A stretch of DNA of 63,573 bases, the filler included, from Hausera hauseri (taxonomy: Eukaryota): assembly GCA_046269625.1 (NCBI GenBank). It is 13 parts of 13 records of this genome, joined end to end, with 100 filler letters (N's around TTAATTAATTAA, not from the genome) between each part and the next. Parts side by side here need not be neighbours in the genome. Positions count along the whole stretch, not along the records: positions 49,210 to 54,460 come from JBJURY010299278.1; positions 54,561 to 58,824 come from JBJURY010669219.1; positions 58,925 to 63,573 come from JBJURY010489576.1; 10 more parts are not named here. One strand, 5' to 3'. This document shows positions 51,344 through 63,573 of the stretch, one piece after another. A program made the translations under genes and the position numbers. Position 1 is the stretch's first letter; each line of letters opens with the position of its first letter. The notes under the pieces are model-generated. The model saw only the letters and a program-made list of their open reading frames with translations. It did not search any database and was not told the origin of the DNA.

Positions 51344-52939
51344 TACAAATCGCAACATGGCGATACAACACTGACACGGGAGGGAGGCGGGGTGTAACAA
51401 CAACAAAAGACGAAGGATCACAAGACAACAAAAAACAACGAAGCAACAGGGAACCCCTGGGGAACAAAAAACAAAACTAAAGACTCAAACTCAAAAATAG
51501 TCACAAAGATGGCCCTAGACACATCTGGAGAGGAAAGGAAGTTCAAGTGGGTGCCCAGAAGCCCAACACAGGCGAGGCAGGTGTTTGGGAGAAGCTCTAA
51601 CAGGAAGTCACTGGAACTAACTCTGGTGGGCGAATAAAATATTGCACCATCTAGTGGTCAAAATAAATCATTACATTACTGGTTCCTAATTGAAAGCTTT
51701 TAAAAAGTCATAACACAAAAAATCTTGCTTTTAAATAAAAATAAAAGCATTAAACAACACATTTAATTCTTTTAAAATGAAAGGTTTATTTCTAAAACAC
51801 GTCTTCTATATCGCACAGATTTTAAACTCCTTTTAAATAGAACTGATCTAGTTGAATAAATCCCTTTGTTTGTTGTGGAGGAGCTGGTTAATTTAAAAGC
51901 TTAAATGATTGAAGTTAAACAACCTTTTATCAAACGGAAGGTGATTTTATTTAATGGTTTGACTCTGTGAAAGATTTTAATCCTAAATATAGGAAAACGC
52001 CAAAAAAAGTTAACGAGATTAACTTTAAACAGAAACATTTTCTACAAAAGTAGATTCACAAAATAGATCTAAACCACCATCAAAACATTTTACAAAAGGT
52101 AAATGTTAACAAAACATCAATTAAAGAAGAAATAATAAAAATAAAAGCAAACAAGTTTTATTGCAATGTCATTAACATCAATGCATTCTATTCTATTCTT
52201 TCATTTAGCTTTAATTGTTTAAAACAATTTAGCTGGTTTAAAAGTAATTGTCCTATAATAAACTTTAATTCAAAGGGTGAAGCTTCCTAAAAATCAAGTA
52301 CCTTTTATAAACAACAAACAAAAGCTTCCTTAACATTTTTCAGTTATCTACGATTTATTGGTACTAATTAAGAGTGAAACATTTTTTTTATTTTAAGTTT
52401 TAAGGAAAACTTGTGAAAAGCATGGAGAACTTGAATGCATCTTATGTCATTGTGCTCTGTACAATGACAGTAAAATCATCATCATCATCGCAGTAAATGG
52501 AGAAACAGTTAATCTTTCTTCAACTGGTTTATAATGATAAGTTGTGTATTCTCTCTCTGGAAGTGACAAACCTAAGCTAAATGGGCAAGGACAACTGAAA
52601 GACATTAATCTTTTTCTACTTGTGTGAGGGTTTTTTTTCTTGTTTGCTCATTGGCTCCCTTTTAAGTTATTTATGGCTTTCTTTCCAATTTGTAAACCTT
52701 GTACATCCCCCCCAGGTTTTTCTGTATGCTGAATGATCTAATTTTAATTTATTTCATTTTTTCTTTCTCATATATATATTTGTTTTATTTTGAGGTGGCT
52801 CATTCCAGCCTGATCCTTTCTGTACCAGAGATGTTTACCCTTTCAGGTGTTTTGTAAAGGTGCATACTTTTGTTTCTATACAAAAAAGAGGGGTTTTTAT
52901 TTTCTCTGAAAGAATTTTTAATTCTCAGAGTATAAAAAA

Positions 52940-53260
52940 ATGTTATTTGAAAAACTGGAAACAGTTTGTACAGATTAATGAAGAAAAATCTAAACTCTGT
53001 AACATTACGTGTGGAGTTCCTCAGGGTTCTGTACTTGGACCAAAGTTATTTATTGTATAAGTGAATGATTTGGTAAATGTGTCAGGGTTGTTTAAATGTG
53101 TTTTATTTGCAGATGACACTACATTTTTTTGTTTTGGTAAAAATATAGAAAGGATGTTGGAGATGATGCAGACAGAATTTGTTAAAATACAGGCTTAAAC
53201 TTAATAAATTATCGTTAAATATAGATAAGACTAATTATATGATATTCAGTAATAGAAAGA
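52940..53260 (+). mobile_element. L2/CR1-group LINE reverse transcriptase fragment
   Basis: KQFVQIN...CGVPQGSVLGPKLF..VND...LFADDT...NKLSLNIDKTNYMIF. Confidence 0.9.
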
Positions 53261-53869
53261 GTGTGAGGATTGACAGCAGAAGAAGCCAGGGTGCAGGCAA
53301 AGTCCATTTTAAAGATTTTCACAAAAACAAACGCTGACAAGGCAGCTCAAAACTGGAACAAGGAACACGAAGGCACAGGAATCCACACAGACTGTTAACA
53401 GCACAATGATCGGACGAAGACTGAAAACAGAACACAGAATATAAAAACATTGCACTCTGTAGACAGAAACACAATGGGGGGTCATGTTGTGTGAGTAATA
53501 GCCAAACAACACGTCTTCTTTTGTCAATTATGTTTTTGTCAGAGTTTGTGCACACGGGCTCCAGTATTCTCAAGAAGTTATATACCCTTGTGCATGATGT
53601 ATATGACGTCTTCGCAGAGAGGCTTGGTATTCGCCTTTCAATCGCATATAAATTGAGGGTTTGAAATACGGGTAAGGCTGTTCTTGATTCCCGATTTTTG
53701 TATGGGAATAAGTAAACAAGAAAATCAGCACCTGGTGGTGGAAGACATTGATTTTCTAGTTTTTGCATAAACGATGGATAATAAACTCAAAAATCCCGTC
53801 GTATGTTAAAGATCACAAGGCAGGTAGAATTCGAAATAAAATTTAAAAGTGAAAGACACCACTCATGCC

Positions 53870-54063
53870 TAAAGGTGTACACAGGTATATGGCCTGCATA
53901 ATGTCCGCCTGCCTTTACGTTACCAGGGAATTACTCCAGTACCCATTTTCTTGAGGCTGGGTAACTGGAGGAGTGGCTTTGGTCGAAAAATTCAACCACT
54001 CAAAGCTGGGAATGAACTCACGACCACACGAGCGAATATGAGTGCACTAACCACTTAGCGCGG
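53870..54063 (-). mobile_element. tRNA-derived SINE
   Basis: Minus-strand A box TAAGTGGTTAG and B box GAGTTCATTCCC, followed by a CCCAGCCTCAAGAAAATGGGTAC core. Confidence 0.6.
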
Positions 54064-54799
54064 AAAAGTTTTTTCGAAGGGTCGACGTCTTCGCGCACGA
54101 GTTGTCTTCTCTTGTCTTTGATCCAGTCATGGGGAGTCAGCTCTTTGATGCCATTATGTGGTCCTGTGCAGTTTTAATGAGCTGCTGTGGGCTGCCATAT
54201 AGGACACTATGTTTGGACTGTCCGGTAGTAGAGTCTTTCTTAGCTCCTGAAGTGTGGGGCACGACAGCAGATGGTTATTCACTGTCTCATATTGGTTTGG
54301 ACAATGTCTACATCTTGCTTAGTCTGTGGGTTTAGTCTGTTTCTGTGGGCATTTAGTGTGGAGTGGACAACTCTTACCCTGAAGATTTGCGTTTGATAGT
54401 TTATTCCGATGCTGTTGATGACATTTTTCGTAAAAAAAAGTGTGGGGGGGGGGGAGGGGCNNNNNNNNNNNNNNNNNNNNNNNNNNNNNNNNNNNNNNNN
54501 NNNNTTAATTAATTAANNNNNNNNNNNNNNNNNNNNNNNNNNNNNNNNNNNNNNNNNNNNTTTGTGAAATTTGTGTAAATCACGTAAACCTCCAACAAAT
54601 TTGTTTAAATTAGTGTTTTAGATATAAATATAATTTGTACAAATGAATCTCGAATTTTTAATTAAAGACTTGGTTAATGTCAATTATGGACAAAAATTTT
54701 GATCCTGAAAAAGGCATATTAAAATCATTATAAAATCTTTAAAATAAAAAAGATACATGTGAGTCTTTTCGACATACGATATAAAGTCAATATTGCATC

Positions 54800-55430
54800 A
54801 AAACAATGTATTTGATTCAGATGTTAATTTAAAGACTCTTTATAAATAATTATGTCTGTTCAAGCCACAGTTATTTGATGCACTAAAAGCTTTCAAATGT
54901 TCTTTGATTCCATTGAACGCACCATGAAACGTAGGAAAAATGGTTTCTGTCGGCTGTTTTTGAGTGTAGTTTCCACAATAGTGTTTCGACCAGCCTAAAC
55001 CACACCCGACCACAAGAACTCAACTTTAGACTTTAGCTGTGAAATCTTTGTCAGCATCAGCAACAAAAAACTGGAGTTCCTTTAAAAAGAAACCACGTGA
55101 TTTTACAGTCACAGGTTTTTACTGTTTTATAATTTTCCACATCTTTTCATTTTTCCAAGCGTTGCTGTTCCTCTTTGATTTTAGGTTCCTTTTCACTTTT
55201 GCTAATTCCATATACATCTGTTAAACTGGATTCACTATTATCCCACCATTGCGCTTTAGTCTTAGGAATATAAGAGGCAATTAATGGTAATGTTAAGATT
55301 ATCTGTGCGTAAGAGATTTGCCTGTTAATTATAGAGGATGTCCTTGTTTTCCTTTTATCTTGATTTGGGTTAAAACTCTGATCTTTGGATCGTACGTTAT
55401 AACGTTTTTCTGGTCTTATTTCTATTTTAA
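54800..55430 (-). pseudogene. In-frame extension after integrase: internal signal peptide and Cys-containing env/cargo-like region, decayed
   Basis: ISYAQIILTLPLIASYIPKTKA|QWW in the same ORF as the integrase tail; downstream broken frames read CDCK, VGCGLGWSKHYCGNYT. Confidence 0.5.
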
Positions 55431-58400
55431 CAACTCTGTGTATAGATACTACCTCTTCTTTGCCATTTTTATTAATGTAAACAGTGGTTGGTGTAGTTCG
55501 AATAACTTCGTAAGACCCTCGTCCGGTACGAGTAAGTTTTAATGACGTACCTTTCTTTGCAACTAGATAGTGCACATAGACCCCTTTCCCTTTTTCTAAA
55601 TCATGAAGTTTGGCCTTTTTATCATATTGTTTCTTAAACTGCTCTTAATACTCGAAAGTAAGGGTTTTTGCTATATCCCAACACCTTTGTAATCTCATTT
55701 GTAAAACGTCCGCGAAATTAGGCTCTAAGTCTTCTGGATTTGCGTGATACGGAGTCATCCCTAAGTCCGTAGGTAATATCGCTTCGCGTCCATGCATCAT
55801 AAAAATGGTGTAAATCCTGTGTCGGAATGTGGAGTTGTGTTGATAGCAAATTGCGTTCCTTCTAAAAATTTATCCCGGTCCTTTTGATCCTTCGCGACTA
55901 CAAACAATAAGACTCGCAGAACTGTTGCATTCATACGTTCGACCATTCCGTTGCACTGGGGGTGATATGCAGTGGTTGTTAGTCGTTCGATTTCTAAAAT
56001 CTTAGAAATTTTATCAAATAACTCACTCGTAAAATTTCTTTCTCTATAGGTTAATATTTGATCAGGGGGTCCGTATCTACAGATAACCTTTCTTACTACT
56101 GCATCTGCTAAAGTATCTGTATTCTGGTCAATTAGTGCTATTAATTCAACGAAGTGTGTTAGACGATCCACGCACGTCAAAATATATTTGTTATTTTTGT
56201 GAGTCGTGGGTAAAGGTCCTACTATATCCATAGACATAGCTTGCATCGGTCTGTCTGGTACGTCGATCGGTTTGAATTCTGCTATATAATTTTTCACTTT
56301 CTTCTGTTTCGTTTCACAGACTTCACAAGCGTCCACCAGTTTTTTACATCGATATAAACGCTTGGCCAGTAATACTTATTCAATATCCTTTCTAATGTTT
56401 TCTTCCATGACCTATGTCCAGCTAAATGTGAATCGTGTTTAGCCATTAATACTTCTGCTCGCAATCCTTTTGAAATAACTACCAGTTTCCGTCCTTTTCG
56501 CTTGTAATATAAAATATTGCCTTGATTCGATGCATAATATTTATGCCCATGTCTTTGTAAGTGTTTCTTTAGCTAACGTCCTTTTGGTATTTCATCTTGC
56601 TCGGCAAATTTGACTATTTGTTGGATAACTTTATCTTTAGCTTGTTCTGAAGAAATTTTAATTGTTTTATTTACTTTTAGAGCCTTTTGTCTTTCTACTA
56701 ATTCTTTGAGTTGAGCTTTCTTCATGGTCGTAATTGTACCTGTCTTTGTTTTAAGTCTTGATAAAGCGTCCGCGTCTATATGTTTACTTCCCGGTTAATA
56801 TTGAAACTCAATATTGTATCGGGAAATTTACTCAATTTACCGATTTAGTCTACATGTCGGGTTATTAGCCCGTCCCTTTAGCGTCGTAACAGCCTTATGA
56901 TCGGTAACTATAATAATTTCCTGCCCGTAAACGTAGACATTGAAATGTCTTAAGGCTTCTTTTACAGCTAGTGTCTCTAGTTCGGTAGCTGAATAATTTT
57001 TCTCAGCTTTCTTAAGTGATCGTCCTCCATATGTAATTGGGTGTTCCAATTCTTCGTCCTCTCGTTTTTGGGCCAATTCGTAACCTATTCCTTCCTTACT
57101 TGCGTCTGTTTTAATTATAAATGGTAGACTGAAATCGGGGTATCTTAACACTGGTTCACTTGTTAACATTTTTTCATTTCGTCGAACGCTTTCTGTTCAA
57201 CATCAGTCCATTTCCATTTGATTCCCTTCTTCAGCAGCCGATATAATGGCGCATTTATTTTCGAGTTGTCCGGTACGAAGGTGGCATAGTATCCGCATAA
57301 GCCTAACCAATGCCTTAATTCTTTCTGATTCTGGGGTTCCATACAATCCGATATCTTGTTTAGTAAAGATTTATCTAGTTTTGTTCCTCCGTCTCCGACT
57401 ATATGTCCCATATAAGATACAACATTTTGTGCCCATTTACATTTCTTTGGGTTCAATTTTAATCCTGCCTGTTCCAACCGTATAAGAGTGTCTTTGATGT
57501 CTTTTAGGTGTTTCTCTTCTGTTCTTGATGCTATCATTACATTGTCTAGATATGCGAACGCATGATCGAGTCCCATTAGCATTTTATTCATCATTCTCGT
57601 GAAGATAGCTAAGCCGGTTATTATACCGAATGGCACGACGTTAAATTCCTAAACTCCGTCGTGTGTCTTAAATGCCGTTTTATAATGGTCATCTTCAATT
57701 TTTACTTGTCAATATCCTGATTGTAAGTCCAGTGTGTTAAACCGCTTTGCTCCTAATAATCGGTCTAGAGATTCTTTGACTGACGGTAATGGAAATGAGT
57801 CTTTCATCATCAGCGTGTTCAGGGCTCTGTAATCTATGCCGAATCGATGTTTTGTGGCACCATTTTTCTTGACCATGAGTATTGGCGAGTACCAAGACCG
57901 GTAGCGTGATCACATTATGTCAGCCTTCAACATACGTTCTACTTCTTATGTTATTTTAGGCCTTAATGAATGAAGAGGTGGATACCATTTGGGCATCTTT
58001 TGTTCCTCCAAATCTATTTCGTCGTTGGAGCCAGGTTTCTTTTTTAATGGCATGGTCAACCTTACGGTTTTTGCTCTACCTATATCTTCTTCATTTTGAG
58101 CAATAATCGATTTGTAGTTACATAATAATTTTTAAAATTGACAATATGCTTCTGGTGAAAATTTCGTTTCAACATGAGGCGGAAATTCGGCATATTTGTG
58201 CGGTTTTTCTTCTATTGTTATTGCTAACACCTTATAAGTATGACCCAATGTAGTATTGGCATACAATTGTACAGAAGTTGGTGCATTATTAACTAATCTA
58301 ACTGGTACTTTTTTTCTCATTACTCTTGTTAAAATGTTACAAAGTATGATATTTGGATTAACATATTCTTGGGGCTCAAAATATACCGGCTGGTCGTCCT

Positions 58401-58824
58401 CTTCTCGGATCTGAGCATAAATTAGCATTTCGGTTCTGGGTAGAATAGTTTTGTCAACGGAAATCCGTACTTCTCCTAGTTTTCTTTCTTTCATTGTCTT
58501 GATCCCTTTCACTGGCCCGAGTTCAAATAGTTTTCCAGTCTGCAAGTTTATTGCAATATTGGGTAATTGTTTCAGTATATCGCTACCTAATACTACATCA
58601 TTGGTTAGTTAATCCATTATGGCGAATTCATGTCGAAGACTTTGGCCCATTAGTTGAACTAAAAGATTCCACTTGAATTTCGGTTTGGATTCTTGTCCGA
58701 ATGCTCCTATGCTGCTCGGATTTAATGGCAATGCTGGTTGCAGTTGATTTCGTAACGTCGGCGGTATTGATTCTAATTTTATAAACGATTTCTCTGATCC
58801 GGTGTCGATTAAGGCGTAGACTTC
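55430..58824 (-). mobile_element. pol: Degenerate Ty3/Gypsy pol (protease, RT, RNase H, integrase)
   Basis: ALIDTGS; MPFGI...AYLDN; TDASKEGIG, YSATELE, TDHK; MDIVGPLP, TTAYHPQCNGMVER; GRGSYEV (GPY/F). Confidence 0.93.
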
Positions 58825-58924
58825 NNNNNNNNNNNNNNNNNNNNNNNNNNNNNNNNNNNNNNNNNNNNTTAATTAATTAANNNNNNNNNNNNNNNNNNNN
58901 NNNNNNNNNNNNNNNNNNNNNNNN

Positions 58925-59868
58925 CGGTTAAGAAGAGAAAGCGGATAGTGCCAATGGTCAATCAGAAAATCCGGATGGCAAAACAACGGGAAGAGAAATT
59001 GGCTGCGGCCGAAGAAGGGGCCCAGAATACGCAAGAGCGTATACAAATCAGACAGAATTTTTTCGCTCAGTGCCAGAAAGTCACTGAGCGTAGAAAGAGG
59101 AATAGGATGCGACAGAAACTCCAGGGTGATGAAACCCTGGAGTCAATAACAATGGACGATGTGGCTGAACCAAAGTGGCACAAACATTTGGACAGGAGAT
59201 GGGAAATCATGTCCAAAAAGGAACAACAGAAACAACAGGAACCTCAACAGAAGCAAAAACAGCAACACTCACATCAGCTACAACAGCATCAACAACAAAA
59301 GGAGCCACATCAGCAGCATGAACAGCAACATCAACAACAGCAGCAGCAACATCAGGAGCAGCCAAGACAACAGGAATAACAAAAGAAGCCACATCAGAAA
59401 CAACAGCCAGAACAGCAACATGAAGAACAACCAAAACAGCAGAAACATCAACATGAACATTAGCAACAACAGGCGCAGCAGCAATAAATGGAGCAGCTGA
59501 AGAAGACTGATGAGCTACAGAAAGAAGCCCAACGGCAAAAAATGAAAATTGAACATTTGCACGGCATAGTGGCAAGACAAAGCCAAATGATGGTACAGCT
59601 CCGAAAGGTGATTAGAAACAAATCGTCAGTTGCAGCAACAGAAGAAATTGAAGTCCAGGCGACAGTAGACATGATATCACAGGAAGCACAGACGGTTGTT
59701 GATATAACAGACATCGAAGCCCAATCAATGACAGTCATGTCAGATATGGAGTCACAGGTGGTCGTTGACGTGAAGGATATGAAGGTGCAGACCATTGTGC
59801 TTAGAGAAGGAAGTGGATTTGCTGGTGCACCGATATATCACAACTGCACCTTTAATTATTACCGGTGA
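58925..59868 (+). CDS. Gln-rich coiled-coil protein, split by an in-frame stop in the Q tract, ending IYHNCTFNY
   Basis: ORFs 58948-59379 and 59488-59868 share a frame; CAG/CAA repeats; AATAAA near 59977. Confidence 0.5.
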
Positions 59869-60038
59869 CATGTACATTTGTATACATTGTTCATAATTTA
59901 ATATATTTTATTTGTTTTTATTTTTTTTTTTTTTGCTTTATAAGTGGATTTGAATCATTTTATAACAAAGTAATGAAATAAAGAGTTTTTATAAGAATTA
60001 TCACTAAATATGTAAATCAACTAAATGTCAATCAACTG

Positions 60039-60564
60039 TCAAGTGTCCATGTCACACTTGTGGAAAAGGTACAACTGCCGAGGTGACTGTATGGCATGAA
60101 ATCGAATTGCCCCCCCCCCCACGCGGCGGAGAAGGTAGGGGAGTTCGAACAATCTTGGTTCGTCCTTCATCACTATAGTAACATCGTCACTAAAAAATCT
60201 ATCGTCAAAGTTACGCATCAAATCAATCAAGTCGCCATGGCAACTGCTGCTAGGAGCACCGTTGCTGTGCCGTTTCAATGTCCAGAATGGTGTCCAAAAT
60301 ATCGGAATTGAAGATCGTCGAACCCATCTTTTCCGGACATACGGTTGCCATGGCATCAGTATAGTCCGTACTGAAACCCATGGCAAGGTCATTCATAGCC
60401 TGGCTAATGCTGGAACCGTTGCAAGGTGACATGGAACCGTTACCACGAGCACCTGGCAACCAAAAGCTGCAACCAGGTTCATCGTCAAGCACTGCAGGAA
60501 GTTCCCTAGCAACCGGAACAATGTCGTTAGCAATCATTTCTAACGTTACCGGGTTGGTTGCCAT
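60039..60564 (-). CDS. Unknown frameshifted ORF convergent with the Q-rich gene
   Basis: Overlapping 104-aa and 117-aa ORFs; no family recognised. Confidence 0.3.
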
Positions 60565-60649
60565 GGAAGCAGATTTCCTATAAAATCCACGTCTGCCGTA
60601 GTAACCTTAGCAACCGTGCCTGCTCACGACACACTTCGAAAATCCAACT

Positions 60650-61880
60650 TTACACCATCAACGGTGGATCTTCATCAGAATCAAACAATTTTGCATTGCC
60701 AAGACGCAAAAGCATACAACGCCGATTACAGGCCTGTTTATTCAATGCATCCTGTTCCTTAGGCTAGAATGCATTTTCATTATTGAACGTGAATATTCTC
60801 GGTACCGACCCCGGAAAAGATAAAATTTGGTAAAGAATCTTACACGTGGCAGATTTATGAGAATGAAGCAATGTCAATAACGACTCCTGTGGTAGATTAT
60901 AAAAACAGACATCGTCGACAACTATAATGTCGTGCGAAAAATCCCAAATCACCGGAAACTCATTTAGATTGTTAATAATGAGCGGGTTCTTCCCTTGACT
61001 CAGGGCGTAACTCGTTTTCCCACAACCGGACACCCCGAAAATAATAAGCGTCATAATTTGTTTCTCATAATCAAACTGCACCTTCGGAATTTTAAATACA
61101 TACTCTTTCGGACAACAACTCTGACGAAATTTCGAACCTAAATATCTGGAAATCGCCGAATAAGATTTCACAAATTCTCGCCGATTTCCATCATATATAA
61201 CAGATAGAGCCTCTTCAGCCGACCGGGCCTCCGTCATCTGCCGATACAACACATCTAAATTGGCAGATGATTGGTGTTCTAGTCGGATGTATCTCGTTGT
61301 TAATAGTTGAGCAATTGGTATGTTCGTAATAGTAAAAAGTGCTCTTCTGGGGTGATGGAAATAAGCGTATATAAATTGAGGATAAAATAGAAAGCTGCAG
61401 TTCAAGTATCGATGATGGGATTCCATTTTGTTGCAATGTGAACAGTATTCGGCGTTACAACAACTAAATTGGTAGGCTATTCTATTGGGTTTATGACAAA
61501 CGACATGTATGAAGCCGGAAATATGGAATCGAAAAAGGGGCTGATATATCCAAATAAGTATGTGGTATAGTCGGTTGGTTCAACGGTATCAAGTGTTTTG
61601 CAGTCGAGTAAGGATTGATCAGCGTTGGGTGGGTTCGAGTTATGTCTAATACAGTATTTAATCTCGAGTTTACAAGTAGGACAAAATGGTGTTGGGTTTG
61701 CTTGGGATCTGGCTTGGTCTATGCAATATAGGCACAGAATGTTCAGATATAGGGTAAGTCGGTGTACTACATCGAATATTACTCGGCACACCATGCATTC
61801 GGGATAATCGACATCATAAGCAACATCATCACTTCCAGAGGAAGATCCAGAAATCTCGAGTGATACACTTCTATCAAGAG
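60650..61880 (-). pseudogene. RING/Zn-finger fused to geminivirus-like Rep oligomerisation domain and SF3 helicase; no HUH nuclease
   Basis: CMVC...LCLYC...CPTC; CCNAEYCSHC; YRQMTEARSAEEALSVI; GVSGCGKT (Walker A), IIVVDD (Walker B), RIFTFNN (motif C); after the TAG at 60764, ACNRRC...KLF (Arg finger). Confidence 0.75.
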
Positions 61881-61929
61881 TTGATATTTCAAGTTACTGT
61901 TTCTTCATCTGCAGCTAATGATTTTGTTT

Positions 61930-62362
61930 ATCTTGCTTTGTTTTTTCCTTTTTTGTCAGTGACATAAATCCTCGTCTTCCTCGATTTTTATTTTCTGTAG
62001 TGCATCATGGTTAGCTACATCAAACATATCGTAGAAATTGTCAGGACCTCCTCGTTGGCTATCTGAGTTGCTGCTTTTCTGGCCCTGTTCTTAACACATT
62101 CACATTTTTGAAGTAAGTCTTTCAACTGGTCAACTGCATGATCGCAATGACGCATGGGTAATCTTACTTTATTCCAGAATAGCTGAACTTCCTTAATGAC
62201 CGAAACCTCTGCTTCATGCTTGTTTTTGCATAACTTCAGTTTGTTGACATAATCTAAAAACATCACCAATTGATGGCAGCTTTGAATCCCATAAACTGAA
62301 CACAGTTTAGACACTTCCTGTTTACGTCCTGCGGATGACGCCATGGCTACAAAACAAACCAT
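61930..62362 (-). mobile_element. DNA transposase N-terminal fragment (hATm-like)
   Basis: EVQLFWNKVRLP...TQIANEE...DMFDVANHDALQKIKIEED. Confidence 0.5.
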
Positions 62363-62468
62363 AATTAATGTGAATTATTTGTCTACGATGTTAGAAATTA
62401 ATTCAGTAGACAGCAGTGAACAAAAATTTATTACTATGCAGTTTCAAATTATTGAAAGTAAATTTAAA

Positions 62469-62770
62469 TTACATAAGTAATGAGCCATGGAACGAAGGAA
62501 GTAGTAGTCGGACGGTGATATCGGGACTGTATGCTGGATGTAGCGACAGGTTGATCCCTTTCCGCTTTGATTTTATCCTTGGTTGTTCGAGGAAATTGAG
62601 GAACATTGTCTTACAGCAAGACAATGTTTCCGGTTGACCATAACGAGGTACGTGCATTTCAGTAATTCATATGTTCGTTTCAGCTGCTCAGCATATTGTT
62701 GGGCTGTTATTCCACGTCCATCGCGGAGCAACTCAATGTGTATAGGACCCTCAATTCCATCAGGCACAGA
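62469..62770 (-). mobile_element. Mariner transposase fragment
   Basis: GPIHIELL...ITAQQYAEQL...NRK and HPAYSPDI. Confidence 0.85.
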
Positions 62771-63573
62771 AGAACCTTATGTTCAAATCTACCATATTTG
62801 GCAACTGGTGTAGGAAACTTATCAGGGTTTAACTATTGATTTCACATATCTGGATTCCGGAAAGAAATCCATTTCTCATCGGAATTAATGTCTTATGGAT
62901 AATTCTATTTTACAATCTTCAAGTGACGTTGAGGTTGGGATGGTAGAGACTTGTTTAAAGGGTAGTTTCTTCTAATGTATCATGCTTTCCACAGCAAAAA
63001 CAATCACCCTTAGATAGCACTTCAGCTTTCGGCACTGATAACTGTTTTACGCGGCAGTAGAGCCTACTGGCGTCATTATACACAGTGTGTTGGAGCCTGT
63101 CTTCTCCCTTCTGTGATCAAACTGAAAGTTGGTTTCTTGTTCTGAGCAATGATGTTGTTCGTAGACCTCATTTCAAACCTTTCTTTTCTCGATATTCTGT
63201 TCCACCGTTATGTATGACCGTCTTTCTATCATATTCCTTGGGTTTCAAGTACGGCATCTTCAGAAATTTCTGCTGGGAGCCTTTACCACATCCCGGAAGG
63301 ATTTCTTTACTGGAGCCACTTCTCTGAACTCTTCTACGGTTTGGCTATCTTCCAAAATTTTAGCCTCTTCATCTCTTCTACCGTCACTTTTGGTTTGAAA
63401 ACAAACAGCTGTCGTAGCACTTTTGAGCTGATCCATTTTTTAAGAACTTCTTGAATAAATTCTTTGTTTTACTCAAAAATTTTGTCCGTTGCTTGACGCA
63501 CTCTGATTTCAAATGTCAGGAATTTTTCTCCTTCTTTCTGATACATGTTGGCCAATTCGACCACCTCATCGAT

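Noticed and set aside
50418-51421. Hydrophobic Cys/Leu-rich ORFs
   Set aside because: Antisense translation of A-rich LTR and repeat DNA
54005-54060. tRNA gene
   Set aside because: Has A/B boxes but no full cloverleaf and continues into a SINE body
59159-59795. Leu/Val-rich and Asn/Ser-rich ORFs
   Set aside because: Shadow frames of the CAG/CAA-rich tract
62800-63573. Possible gag remnant with CFCCGKH knuckle on the minus strand
   Set aside because: Single partial motif among many stops; not assignable

Overview
This window is not one locus. It is 13 unrelated contigs of about 4-6 kb joined by 100-bp N linkers that carry TTAATTAATTAA (a stop in all six frames). Most contigs look like AT-rich metazoan DNA full of decayed mobile elements: CsRn1-like and other Gypsy gag/pol, BEL gag, Maverick/adintovirus-type pPolB, mariner, hAT, LINE and SINE fragments. 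There are also pseudogenised host genes (MON2, a DOK-like PTB gene, an SH3 gene). Two contigs look like teleost DNA (an epsilon-like ERV pol-env, and a (GGAT)n/L2/Gypsy-LTR contig), suggesting a fish parasite assembly with host carry-over (inference). The most interesting signal is a candidate family of large LTR retroelements whose polyprotein continues into cargo modules separated by internal signal-peptide/TM hairpins. Two diverged contigs (40061-45043 and 45144-49109) end collinearly in TM - signal hairpin - cupin-like domain - catalytically dead REX4/ISG20-like DEDDh nuclease - basic NLS-like tail - PPT-like end - ~0.8 kb LTR. A third contig is essentially one >1800-codon frame with a triplicated unknown domain and the same hairpins. 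A fourth shows Gypsy integrase reading in frame into a signal peptide. A RING/Zn-finger fused to a geminivirus-like Rep helicase lacking the HUH nuclease is a second candidate novelty. All family assignments are motif recognition by eye; no database searches were run.
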